Below, piece after piece: positions 32,191 through 42,874 of a DNA stretch of 43,599 nucleotides (position 1 is its first letter; every line of letters begins with the position of its first letter). The notes under the pieces were generated by a model, which worked only from the letters and a program-made list of their open reading frames with translations, had not been told where the DNA came from and ran no database searches. This DNA comes from an uncultured Nitrososphaeraceae archaeon (GTDB taxonomy: Archaea > Thermoproteota > Nitrososphaeria > Nitrososphaerales > Nitrososphaeraceae): positions 1 through 43,599 of the forward strand of contig CAVXZB010000056.1 of assembly GCA_963765895.1 (NCBI GenBank), given 5' to 3'. The translations under genes and the position numbers were made by a program.

Positions 32191-32989
32191 ATGCGAACCA
32201 TGTCAGTCAAGTGTGCAGAGTGTCAATGTACTCCACGAAAATGCCTCAATTTCAGCGCTAATCAACTCTGCCAAAACTGTTCAAAAGAAATTTGCTGTTG
32301 TATTAGTATCCACCATACAAGCTTGAATCGTAACCCAATGGATTATAGCAGCTGCTGCTCTAATGATGAATCTTGCAACAACGAGAGGAACAATAGTGGA
32401 ATCGCAAATTCACCAAGAACAACAATAACAAATGGAAATTCAATATCTTGATTCTTCAGACATGTAAAACGTTTGTATGCTGCCTGCTCTTGGCATTGAG
32501 ATTCTCTGTATTGCTGCAGCAGAAATTGGGGAAAATACCAGTTTGTAAATCCTTGGATTCAATCACATTGGTCTTCCAATTGTCTACGTAATTGGTTATA
32601 GCCTTGCCACTTTTACTACGTTTGCAACAATTCTTGGCCGATATAAATACGGTTCAAGTAATAGTAATATTGATAGCTGCTGTTCCGTATTAGAACAAGA
32701 TCATAATAATGGATTTATTTCAAATGTAGTAATAACATTCAAAAACTTTGGCTTGGGCTTGAGGAAAATGAAAGAATTGCCAAAGCAGTCAAACCTAGGG
32801 CAGATATTAAAGACAAGTATCGCTATACTGATTACAGCTGAAACCGCATGCATAATTACAGCTGAAACAGTTGATTTAATATTTTATAAACACGCAATCT
32901 ATCTGTCAATTCCCTTGGCTTTAGTTGCTGGAGCATTTACAGTCGCAGCATCTGAAGCCTATCGAAAGATGAAACCAAGAGTGAATTGA
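32191..32989 (+). pseudogene. Cys-rich peptide followed by a disrupted Cys-containing membrane protein
   Basis: CAECQC..C..CQNC..CCC; then SSCC, IEILCIAAAEIGENT, an in-frame stop, DSCCS and AETACIITAETVD. Confidence 0.6.
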
Positions 32990-33322
32990 GTGTAAGGAAC
33001 CTACAGGTGTGGATCCTTTCTAGTAAAATCTGAACCAAACTACGTTTTCATATATTCCTGTGTGTGGTCTATCCCATATATTTCATAGACCTTGGTAGGA
33101 ACCTTAGCATAGAGGTTAGTATTAGTTGTAGACTCATCGGCGAACAACATAAACGTATAGTTAAAGAAACATACGATTTGTTGTAGCACGGGCATGATAT
33201 TGTTATATGATTTGTGAATTTTCGTGATGCCTATCCTCTTAGGGCCCAGAACTTACCTCCGGTACGTCCGTTCCTCCGGAAGCTACTTCATATGTGAATT
33301 TGTTGGGAATTTATTAATATTA

Positions 33323-35362
33323 TTATAGCCTTCCTTTGATTGCTTGTATAAACCAGCTTGGAAGCATACCCTTATTCTTCTTTACAAAATATCCAAATGC
33401 TGAATCCAATATGTATGTCTTTGCCCAATCTTCTTTTGATCTTACAGATCTACCATAAGCTTGTATTAACTTTAATGCTGTTTGCCAGTAATACCATTCT
33501 GCATCTAGTTCTCTTTTTGCATCAGTCCATCTATCATTTTTGTTAGGATAAGGCACCTTGGTTATTATTTGAAACCTAGATAGTTCATCTTTTAAATCAA
33601 GACCGGTGTGCAATGATGGTGAGATAAGAACAGTCGGTTTTGTAGTACTCTTTGTATGCTCAAATATGACATCATCTCTTTGTATTTCTGGATCAGTTAC
33701 TAACAATCTTCTTGCATTAATTTGTGATATATTTTCTTTTATGAAATTTAGCTGCTCATAAGACGTAGTATGGATTATTCCCTTATGATTTTTATGCAAT
33801 GACATTAAAGTGTCAACAGTCTTTGCAATAGCTAATTTTAACTCATTAGATTGTAAGTTATTGTAGTTAAGATATGCAACATTTAGAGGGATGATGGGTC
33901 TTTGTTCTAAGGTGAAATCTGATGGAACCTGTATAAATTTGACATCATCGGGATCTAGACCAACGTTTCTGCAAAACGCCTTATAGTTTAATATAGTTGC
34001 ACTCATAATCAATGTTTTTGGGCATTTGTCAAATAGAGATTTAGAGTATGTCGATATATCTAACGGTTTTAGTTCAACTTTAATTACTTCATAGTTTTCT
34101 TTCTTTATCTCAGATACTATCCAGTTGTTTGGACTTGCAAGAATGCTATTTATTGTCCTTGTGAGTCGCTCTGTATCTCTGATTGAATCAATTGCAAGCT
34201 CATCTCCTAGATTTGCTGCTATTTTTTTTGATATCCTTTCATCGTCTGCATATTTTTGTGCAATTTCTTCATCACTATCAAATAAATCTGATGCACAAAC
34301 TACTTTCTTTCTGTTGTTTTTGCTGTTGTAGTCATTCTTGTTCTTCTTATCTTCTTCTTTTGATGAAACTTTACTTACCTTACCATAATAATTGTATTTG
34401 ACTTTTCGTTCTATAGCCAACGATTCTGCCAAATAACTATATCCAGTCAAGTCAAGCATCATTGTTTCAACTTCTATAAGAAAATCAATCCAATTTTCTA
34501 TGTCATCATAACCATAATCAATAATCTTTAAATCATGAATATATCTTTTCCATCTCCTTTTGGATATAGTTAGTCCTCTGAATTTTACAATCTCTGTCTC
34601 TAAGAGGTGACCCTCATCTAATACCAATAATTCTCTTTCAGGTAGACTTTTCTTGTTTGGCAATAGTCCTAGGAAAATGGAATAATTGAATATAGAATAA
34701 CTTGAGGTTAAGGCTGTATTCAATTGGTCAAAATATTCACATGGTTTCCAGGGACTTCTTTTTTCTTTCATGTTCCTTAGGTGTAACCATTGTGAATATT
34801 CCTTTTGATAATAATTTCTGCTATCTTCATCAATGAATACCTGTTCATTCTTTGTTCCCTTATTGCTTATTTTATAATCCTTTAGAAAGGACCTATATTT
34901 GCATCCACTATCTTTGAAGGATTCATTAGTCATACAAGGACCATATTCTACTGTGGTGTGATAGCATTCATTTGCATTATCTGAAATACAAATCCCGCAT
35001 TGATATGTACCATTTTTAATAAAGTCTTCTTTTACTAAACATGGAAAATTGTTTTTTCCCTTTGCTACTTTAAGATATGGAAAATCTCTTGAGTATTGAG
35101 TCTGCAAATCCTTGGTGGAAGTACATATGTAACTTGAGCCCAAAGTCATTGCAATTGCTACGGCTACAGGGCTTTTACCAAATCCAGTAGGAGCTTCTAA
35201 TATAATGTATTTGTAGCCTGAATTGAAAGAGGCGCATATCTGATTTAGAACTGTCGTCTGATTATATCGCTGGGATGTAAAAGGAAAGTTATTGATAAGA
35301 TTCGATATAGTTAGTGGCGATGGACTATGGCTGCTGCTCCTATTATTATTATTATTGTCCAC
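33323..35362 (-). CDS. DinG/XPD-family SF2 helicase
   Basis: EAPTGFGKS, KGKNNFPC, DEGH, MSAT, GLDL, ITKVPYP and QAYGRSVRS motifs; Cys-rich Fe-S-type region. Confidence 0.92.
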   Translation of the reverse strand: MDNNNNNRSSSHSPSPLTISNLINNFPFTSQRYNQTTVLNQICASFNSGYKYIILEAPTGFGKSPVAVAIAMTLGSSYICTSTKDLQTQYSRDFPYLKVAKGKNNFPCLVKEDFIKNGTYQCGICISDNANECYHTTVEYGPCMTNESFKDSGCKYRSFLKDYKISNKGTKNEQVFIDEDSRNYYQKEYSQWLHLRNMKEKRSPWKPCEYFDQLNTALTSSYSIFNYSIFLGLLPNKKSLPERELLVLDEGHLLETEIVKFRGLTISKRRWKRYIHDLKIIDYGYDDIENWIDFLIEVETMMLDLTGYSYLAESLAIERKVKYNYYGKVSKVSSKEEDKKNKNDYNSKNNRKKVVCASDLFDSDEEIAQKYADDERISKKIAANLGDELAIDSIRDTERLTRTINSILASPNNWIVSEIKKENYEVIKVELKPLDISTYSKSLFDKCPKTLIMSATILNYKAFCRNVGLDPDDVKFIQVPSDFTLEQRPIIPLNVAYLNYNNLQSNELKLAIAKTVDTLMSLHKNHKGIIHTTSYEQLNFIKENISQINARRLLVTDPEIQRDDVIFEHTKSTTKPTVLISPSLHTGLDLKDELSRFQIITKVPYPNKNDRWTDAKRELDAEWYYWQTALKLIQAYGRSVRSKEDWAKTYILDSAFGYFVKKNKGMLPSWFIQAIKGRL

Positions 35363-35480
35363 TTGTGATCATCTTTCTATTATTATCATCCCTCTTTCCT
35401 AAAGCCTTCAGCTTGTCATTCCTTACTGCTTGTGGTTGTGGTTGAGGCACCTCTTTTGCATCGCTAAACAACCATAAAAA

Positions 35481-35633
35481 CTATCTTACTTCCTTTCTGA
35501 TTATGAGGTTAGAATCTTTAATATCTAGCAACATATTATCACCAATTTTTAGTCTTAAATCCCTTATGACTTGAGAAGAGGAAGCAATCATAAAGCTGCT
35601 GCCGACCTTTCGTAATTTTAGGCTAATCTTCAT
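35481..35633 (-). CDS. AbrB/MazE/SpoVT-family DNA-binding protein (50 aa)
   Basis: MKISLKLRKVGSSFMIASSSQVIRDLRLKIGDNMLLDIKDSNLIIRKEVR. Confidence 0.75.
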   Translation of the reverse strand: MKISLKLRKVGSSFMIASSSQVIRDLRLKIGDNMLLDIKDSNLIIRKEVR

Positions 35634-35640
35634 ATCACTG

Positions 35641-35664
35641 ATATATCTGTAATTTCAGATGTAT
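35641..35664. promoter_or_regulatory. Imperfect palindrome just upstream of the AbrB-like gene
   Basis: ATATATCTG-TAATTT-CAGATGTAT. Confidence 0.45.
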
Positions 35665-35809
35665 TTGCAGTATGGAGTAATAGACGAATCACGGATTTAT
35701 CTCAGATGACTACGATCGGAGGTGATTCCTGATAGGTATGTTAACCAAGTATTTTCTTCATGAAGTACTCAAGTTAGTAATGTTTGTTTCAGGTCAAGTA
35801 TCTCTCTAG

Positions 35810-36295
35810 CAATGTACTTGCAATTACTTGATATCCGACAATTCAAGGACATAGATGTTTCAAATGAGATTCGACTAAAGATTCTAGAATCTGCCAGACA
35901 GGTTGGTACTGGCCTTAACTCACAGCACTTGAGATTTGTCTTAATAGACAGTAAAGAATACTTCAGTTGTTAGCTGAAGATAGTACTAGCGGAGGCTAGG
36001 TCTCTGGAGCAAACTTTGCGATCATGGTTCTCACAAAATCTGACTATGGTTTTAAGATGCTTGATGCCGGTAGGGCACTCAAATATGCAGCTAGTTGCAT
36101 GGAGCGAAGGTGTTGGATCGGGTTTGTTTACTGGAATTAGGGAAAAAACTACGGACAGATTTTAATATTTCTGAAGATCTAGATATTGCTGTTATCGTAA
36201 GTTTCGGATATCCGTCAAGAAAATTTGCTGGGATGAGAAAGAATCGTATATCTATGAACAATATCCAGTATCATCAAAGATATGGTAACCCTTAG
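35810..36295 (+). pseudogene. Nitroreductase family protein
   Basis: IRQFKD..KILESAR..GLNSQH, DAGRA, MQLVAWSEGVGSG and SFGYP in broken frames. Confidence 0.85.
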
Positions 36296-36787
36296 ACGCT
36301 CAAATGGCTCCCTTATTGCATTTCCACCTATATGTCGAAAAATACCATAGTGCAACCTTGGGTCTGTTTATCGCCCCATCCCTTAGAAAGAAAAATATTA
36401 ACTATTGAGCTGATCACATCGTTTTCTATCGGTGGGGAGTTGGGATATTTTCTATATTCATTTTTAAAATTCTATCGGCATAACAATCAATGAGGATGAT
36501 GCGTTGTTGCATAATGCGCTATGTTACATAAGATATCATTTACTTAAAAATAGGAATGAAGGTTATGGGCTAACAATTTTGATAATGACAATATTTTACC
36601 AGTAAAATGCTAGACTGATGCAAGCGTAGACAAGAATAAATAATTCAACTATAAGATACCCATGCCTGATTAGTACGTATAACGATCTAGACCTTCGTCA
36701 GTACCCCGGATATTCAAATTCACTTTCTGGTACTATATTTCTACAGTAAACCATCAGTTTTTTTAGATGATAGGTAGGCAGGCAGGG

Positions 36788-37051
36788 TTATAGGTGCTTA
36801 GGGTATTGAGGAGATAGTTCCTGTAATCCTTTTTCCATTATATTCCATAACCTAAACTCTCCGTGACTTGGTCTAGGTAGTGCTTCTTTAACTATATGCA
36901 ACCACTCTGATTCATTCAAGTGATCCCTTACCTCTAAATCTGAAAGTCCACTCTACGAAATTATCTCAGTCTCAATTACATCCTTTTTAACGTCTTTTTG
37001 CGATAAGTCTGCGACGATATCAAGAATTCTTCTTAACTCAGACTTTATCAT
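36788..37051 (-). pseudogene. Small winged-helix-like protein, disrupted
   Basis: MIKSELRRILDIVADLSQ..EIIS*SGLSDLEVRDHLNE..FRLWNI. Confidence 0.4.
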
Positions 37052-37269
37052 TAATCACCTGATTGGCTTATCTGCAATTTAAGGATAGAGATTTAGAATA
37101 GAAATTCTGGCCAATTTTGATATCTCTATAAGATTAATGATAACTCACTGTAAAATTGATAAAAGACTAACTAAGTTTAACTACTAGTAGGAAATTCCAT
37201 CTCAAGAACATTAGAAGGATTGAATTGTTCTAGATGAACAAGGTCTATAGTACCATAGAAGGAGTCAGA

Positions 37270-37515
37270 TAAGACTCAACTGCACTCCAATAGTTACAAC
37301 AGACTTTACACAAGATTCATTGAAGATAAGACCATACAAGAAAATGATTTTGGCAAGATACAAAAAGACAGGGTCTGGAAATGAATAAATGGACTAGATT
37401 TCTGAAGAGCCCGAGAAGAACAATGAGATAGACTAAACTTAGCAATTGTAGCAGCAAATAATCATTATGCTGGGTTTGGTCCTTGAATTGCTAATAAATT
37501 TAGAAAAGTATTAGA
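37270..37515 (+). pseudogene. Second DUF72 fragment
   Basis: DNA closely parallels 13310-13550 (PIVTTDF, DFGKIQKDR, AANNHYAGFGP). Confidence 0.88.
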
Positions 37516-37708
37516 GAGACGATGGTATACTCGCCTTCTTATATCCAATCGGTATTGACTCAGTTATTATTTTGTCATGTTACAAATTAGATTCAATGGA
37601 TTTAATGAATATGATTAACAAGCTCTCCTCGACTACAAAATGACTTGCCACATTCTTCACATCTGTAAGAGAATTCTATTACATGTTGTTTGTGCATTAT
37701 TCCTTAAG

Positions 37709-38089
37709 TCATTTTGGATAGAAATCAAGTGATTTATCTACTCTTCCAACAAATTCAAAAGTTAACAATCCGAATCCTACTACTGCAATAACAACAAACA
37801 CTATTTCAAAGTCCATAGATGATAGATTTTTCATTTGGGGTGGAGTAGTATAGGGTAATCTTGCGCCTCCACTTACTTCCTCTTTTACAAATTGTGATCC
37901 ATAATATATAGCACCAGTAAAACCGATTACTGCCATAACTATACCTAAAACAATAATGGATTTTCCTTTAAAGTTTAGACTATTGCTAGTATTGCTGCTG
38001 TCATTTGATTCTGATGGACCTTTTTTTCTTCCCAATCTTGTTATGAATCTAATATTACCTAATCCCTCTTCATGAACTGAAAATATCAA
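37709..38089 (-). CDS. Two-TM hypothetical membrane protein
   Basis: Two clear hydrophobic helices; start uncertain. Confidence 0.6.
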   Translation of the reverse strand: MIFSVHEEGLGNIRFITRLGRKKGPSESNDSSNTSNSLNFKGKSIIVLGIVMAVIGFTGAIYYGSQFVKEEVSGGARLPYTTPPQMKNLSSMDFEIVFVVIAVVGFGLLTFEFVGRVDKSLDFYPK

Positions 38090-39130
38090 AATTCTTTATC
38101 TATTGAACCTTGCTTAACATTGATAACCAATGTGTAATCATCACAAGCTACTTTTCTGTCTGATTTAGACCTAAGTGCGGCTACTGCAAATATATTAATA
38201 TTAAGAACGCCAATCTTCCTAATTTTATTATTAACTCATAATATGATGTCTAAATATATAGTATGAGAGAAAATTTAAATAAATTATGTATAACTAACGA
38301 TTTCCAAATGTAATCCTGCTAACTTACGGAGATAGTGGCATATAGTGACAATTTCATCCTTATAAGCAATAATCTTTTGTAGATTTCTTCACTGGAATTT
38401 TAAGCACTGGTAGCATTTAGTCGATTTGAAAGCACAACCTTACCTTATTTCTATTTCTAGCCATACAATAGAGGAATCCGTTATAAAAGATGGAATCCAT
38501 TTCTGCAGTATCAAAGAACTATGAGTAGTGGCGTAATCTCTTGGTTTCTTTATCTGGATAGAAAATCTCAGTCCATCCTCCGCTCTTGTCGGGAGTATCC
38601 GGACAATCCAGCCAGAACATCCTATGCTAAGAGTGGGGCCTATTTGGATATCTTCAGAGATCAATGATGATGCACTATATATTTTGAGTTTATTAATTGA
38701 GCTCATTATTTGTTATTTATTTACTCTTGATTCCTTCAGCTGCAATAATAGTAGTAGTTGCAGACTACCTCTATGCCCTCCCTCACGGCATCTCACCGTA
38801 TTTCTTATATGGTATTATACGGTAATCGTCCCGTCCTAAATGGCCTATCAAGTTTTACAATACTCTTGTTCATGTTGTGTGATGATACTAAAAAAGATGG
38901 CAGAAGATCCATACCAAAGTCTTCTCACAACCAATACAGAAGAAGAGTGTCCGAATTGTGATGCAGTTCTTTTTAAAAACCCTGAAGAACGAATGGAAGC
39001 ATTAGCATTGGCTGCAACAGTATGATAAGGAGAACAGAAGACAATCTTTGCCATCATATTCCTATCCTGTCGATCATTTCAGAATGCAGCCAATTTTTAT
39101 GCCCATTATTTTTCTTACTATAAACAACCC

Positions 39131-39152
39131 ACCAATTCTGAAGGAAATTGGT
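39131..39152. promoter_or_regulatory. Palindromic putative operator upstream of the polB2 operon
   Basis: ACCAATT-N8-AATTGGT, right after a TATA-like CTATAAA and 25 bp before the ATG. Confidence 0.45.
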
Positions 39153-39176
39153 AATAGTTAGAGGGTTCTGCCTAGA

Positions 39177-39455
39177 ATGAGTCTATTTCCAAATAAAAAT
39201 GATATCCTTACAAAAGAAATAGAATCATGGAAAGGCTTTGCTGATAGTTTGCGAAAAGATGATAGAAATTTATTCATCAAAATGTTAGATGATTGCTTCA
39301 AATACGCTGCTGCAATTAATGCTAAAGGTGAACCATTTCCAACTGAATCACTACTCATGACATTGTTACTTTTACAACAGAAAATAGTTGATTCTCTGAT
39401 CATTAAGATTTCCAAGTGTAATAGTGATTGGACTAAAAAGAGCATTGATAAGTAA
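39177..39455 (+). CDS. PolB2-associated small protein (arCOG07300-like)
   Basis: Helical 92-aa ORF, EIESWKGFADSLRKDDR..F..ML; overlaps the polB2 start. Confidence 0.8.
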   Translation: MSLFPNKNDILTKEIESWKGFADSLRKDDRNLFIKMLDDCFKYAAAINAKGEPFPTESLLMTLLLLQQKIVDSLIIKISKCNSDWTKKSIDK

Positions 39456-41934
39456 TAGTAAGAGATTATCTGGTTGGTTATTCGACATATATCCATTAGA
39501 AGATAAAATGATTTTTTGGATAAAGCAAAAGAATGGTGCTGCGATTAGACTTGTTGATAATTGGGCTCATTCTATATATGTTGCATCAGACTATAAATCA
39601 GATCTAAAGTCGATATTAGTAGAAAATAAAGAAAACAAAAATATTCTGTCTCTAATTAAAGATCATAAATTTGTATCACGATATGAAAAAATTATAGATA
39701 ATACAAAATCAAATGTTTTAAAATTAACATTATTAGATTCCACAAAGGCATTAACCTTAGCTAGAAGAATCGAAAAGTTAGATGGAGGTAAATTTGGAAA
39801 GTATAGATTGTATAATGTGGATATACAACCAGCACAATCTTATTTCTATGAACATGATATTTTTCCGCTTGCTTTATCTGAGGTAAGATTAGATGGTAAT
39901 GGTTCAATTGACAATGAACAGGAAAATGATGATCATTCTGTAAAAAGGTGGGTAATCAGAGATGATAACATATGGTCTACAGATTACGAAATACCTGAAT
40001 TTACGACTACCCATATAGAAGTCAATTTACAAAAGGAGTCAAAGATGCCTAGATATTCTGATAGAATTAATTCTATATCAATTAAACAAAAACATGAATC
40101 ATTTGAAATCGAATCTGAATCTGAGGCTGACATAATCGAGGAATTTGTAGCTGAAATATTAAAGATAGATCCAGACTTCATATTTTCTGAAGATGGTGAT
40201 TCATTTACATTTCCATATTTGATTTATAGAGCCGAGAAAAATGATATCCAACATAACCTAATTCTTAGCAGAGAAAAAATACCATTGACAAAGCCAGCAA
40301 GAGAAGGTATATCCTATTTTTCATATGGCCGTGTTTACTTCAAACCGACTACTATGAAATTACATGGAAGAATACACTTTGACATATCAAATTCTTTCAT
40401 TTTGAATGATTCAGGATTACAAGGTCTATGTGAAATAGCTAGGGTTTGTAGAATGCCACTTCATACTGCCGCCAGAGCTTCGATAGGAAAGTGTTTGAGC
40501 AGTTTACAATGCTATTACGCTACTAGAAAAGATATACTAATACCATGGAAGCCTTTTATTGCAGAACATTTTAAAACCCTGTCAGAGCTTTTCCTAGCAG
40601 ACAGAGGCGGATTTATCTTTGAACCCAAGATAGGAGTTCATGAACAAGTAGCTGAATTTGACTTTGAATCACTATATCCAAATATTATGCGAAAATATAA
40701 TTTGTCAGCTGAAACTATAAGATGTAATTGTTGCAACATCAACAACATCAACAACAACAATGATGATGATGCCCTCATCTATTCAAAGCTAAGAATCCCT
40801 GAATTAGGCTATCACCTATGTCAAAGAAGGATTGGAATAGTTCCGACCTCTTTGAAGATATTATTATACAAGCGTGCCAAGTATAAGGAGCTAAGAAATA
40901 ACCCAAAATCATGTAATAGTAGTAGTAGTAACAACTCTGAACTAAAGTCAATTTATGATGCTAGATATTCAATATTAAAATGGGTTCTTGTAACCTCATT
41001 TGGATATCTTGGTTTTAATAATGCAAAGTTTGGAAGAATTGATGCTCATATTGCAGTATGTGCCTTCGATAGACAGGTCCTTTTACAGACGACTACAATA
41101 GCTGAAAGACTCGGATTCAGAGTTTTGCATGGGATTGTAGATTCAATATGGATAAAGAAGGAGCAGAAGAACAACGATGATGATGGCAATAAATTAACAG
41201 TAGATAAAATGAAAGCAAAAGAAAATGACAAAGCTGATTATTTGCAATTAAAAGAAGTCATAAAACAGCAAACAGGTTTTAAAGTATCATTTGAAGGAAT
41301 ATACAAATGGATCGCCTTTATTAATTCTAAACAAAATGATATTTTGCCAGTCCCAAATCGTTATTTTGGTACATTTGAAGATGGCAACAAATTAAAAATA
41401 AGAGGAATAGAAGCAAGAAGACATGATACACCGATTTTCTTTTCTAAATTCCAAAATGAAATACTAGAAATTATGGCTACTGGTAATACCATTAATGAAG
41501 TAATAGCGTTAATGCCAAAAGTTAAGGATACCTTCAAAAAGTATGTAATGATTCTAAAGGAAAGAAAGGTCCCACTTGAGCAACTGATATTTACTAAACG
41601 GCTTTCAAAAGACTATAGTGAATATCAAATAAAAAGAAATACAGTGGAAAGCACTGCGATAAATCTACTAGCCAATGAGGGTAAGTCTCTGAAAGCTGGA
41701 GAACTTTCAAGGTATATCATTACAGATTTCTATCAAAGGTATTCCAGAATAAGAGCTGTTCCTATTGAGTTAATTGATATGCAAAAAGCCAATACTACTT
41801 ACGACATAAGAAGATATACAGAACTACTTGCAGAGACTTGTAACTCAGTTACAGAGCCATTTGGATATACACTACCATTGCCATCGCCACCCCATAATAT
41901 TGAACTACGACAATCTCATATTATTAATGCATGA
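39424..41934 (+). CDS. polB2: Family B DNA polymerase, PolB2 subfamily (start may be TTG at 39445)
   Basis: EFDFESLYPNIM, LKWVLVTSFGYLG, HGIVDS in place of YGDTDS, KIRGIE; exonuclease motifs degenerate. Confidence 0.9.
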   Translation: MIGLKRALISNSKRLSGWLFDIYPLEDKMIFWIKQKNGAAIRLVDNWAHSIYVASDYKSDLKSILVENKENKNILSLIKDHKFVSRYEKIIDNTKSNVLKLTLLDSTKALTLARRIEKLDGGKFGKYRLYNVDIQPAQSYFYEHDIFPLALSEVRLDGNGSIDNEQENDDHSVKRWVIRDDNIWSTDYEIPEFTTTHIEVNLQKESKMPRYSDRINSISIKQKHESFEIESESEADIIEEFVAEILKIDPDFIFSEDGDSFTFPYLIYRAEKNDIQHNLILSREKIPLTKPAREGISYFSYGRVYFKPTTMKLHGRIHFDISNSFILNDSGLQGLCEIARVCRMPLHTAARASIGKCLSSLQCYYATRKDILIPWKPFIAEHFKTLSELFLADRGGFIFEPKIGVHEQVAEFDFESLYPNIMRKYNLSAETIRCNCCNINNINNNNDDDALIYSKLRIPELGYHLCQRRIGIVPTSLKILLYKRAKYKELRNNPKSCNSSSSNNSELKSIYDARYSILKWVLVTSFGYLGFNNAKFGRIDAHIAVCAFDRQVLLQTTTIAERLGFRVLHGIVDSIWIKKEQKNNDDDGNKLTVDKMKAKENDKADYLQLKEVIKQQTGFKVSFEGIYKWIAFINSKQNDILPVPNRYFGTFEDGNKLKIRGIEARRHDTPIFFSKFQNEILEIMATGNTINEVIALMPKVKDTFKKYVMILKERKVPLEQLIFTKRLSKDYSEYQIKRNTVESTAINLLANEGKSLKAGELSRYIITDFYQRYSRIRAVPIELIDMQKANTTYDIRRYTELLAETCNSVTEPFGYTLPLPSPPHNIELRQSHIINA

Positions 41935-42064
41935 GTGCTTGAAAATGCATAAAGCTATGTATTATAATTAATATAATGAACAACCTAGTTGCAGCATGTA
42001 TCTAGTATAAAAGCGAATACCCTCATTTTTCATGGAGGAAAATGAGGAATAAATGAGCTAGTCA

Positions 42065-42469
42065 ATGAATAGTAAATTGGAATGGCATAGGAATAAAGTA
42101 TTGGAACTGGCAAGCAAAGGTAATAGCCAGTCAGACATATCCAAAATACTACGCATAAGCCAACCAACTGTAAATAGGGATTTATTCTACTTACGAAGGC
42201 AAGCCAAAAAGAAGATGAAGGAATACATTAACCAAAAGTTGCCGGATGAGTATGAGAAGTGTCTTGTTGGCCTAACTTCAATTCTGAAGAAAGCATGAAA
42301 TATTACTAGTAACGCAAAAAACAAGCGAGAGAAAATACAAACATTATCATTAGCAAAAGACTGCTATGGAATGAAACTAGAATTACTTACTCATGCTACA
42401 GTGACGGATGACGCCATCAGGTTTGTTTCTGAAAAGCAACAACAGACATCAAACCTTTTCCTACAATAG
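42065..42469 (+). pseudogene. HTH-domain protein with in-frame TGA at 42296
   Basis: KVLELASKGNSQSDISKILRISQPTVNRDL; frame continues REKIQTLSLAKDCYGMKLELLTHATVTDDAIRFV. Confidence 0.75.
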
Positions 42470-42874
42470 TGGATCCCCGCAAACCATCTGTCAAAACTTG
42501 GATAACCCCAAACCTGAAAATAGATCAAATTCTATTGAATCAAACATCTTTACATCTGATACTGTACCAGTCAATGTATCATTTCATTCTTATGTTCAGC
42601 CCCTTATATCTCCGAACATCACGCTTTATGATAACTATGGATTAAAGAACTCCAAGGGGGCCTACCTTAGAGCAACTGATGCTATATTTTTTGGAGTAAA
42701 CCCAGCAGATGAGCAAGATGACGAAGGTTATACAATATGCCCAAAGAATCTAACTAGTGTTAGATAATGCTGTTGAAAATGGCAGTTACGCAGGTTGCGG
42801 ATAGTATAGAGAACACGCTTAGTGATTCAGGCAAGGAATAGTGAAAGTCTTTCATAGATTTAATCTATCCAGCA

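Noticed and set aside
38840-39025. Small CPNC-containing ORF upstream of the polB2 operon
   Set aside because: Only one CxxC in the likely frame and several overlapping ORFs; insufficient support
39424-41934. PolB as a casposon or protein-primed polymerase, or intein-containing
   Set aside because: Motifs are PolB2-type; no Cas1 or terminal inverted repeats; insertions are short Asn/Ser/Asp runs without intein termini
42408-42767. 119-aa ORF
   Set aside because: Its 5' part overlaps the HTH pseudogene in another frame; the remainder looks like an orphan fragment without a credible start
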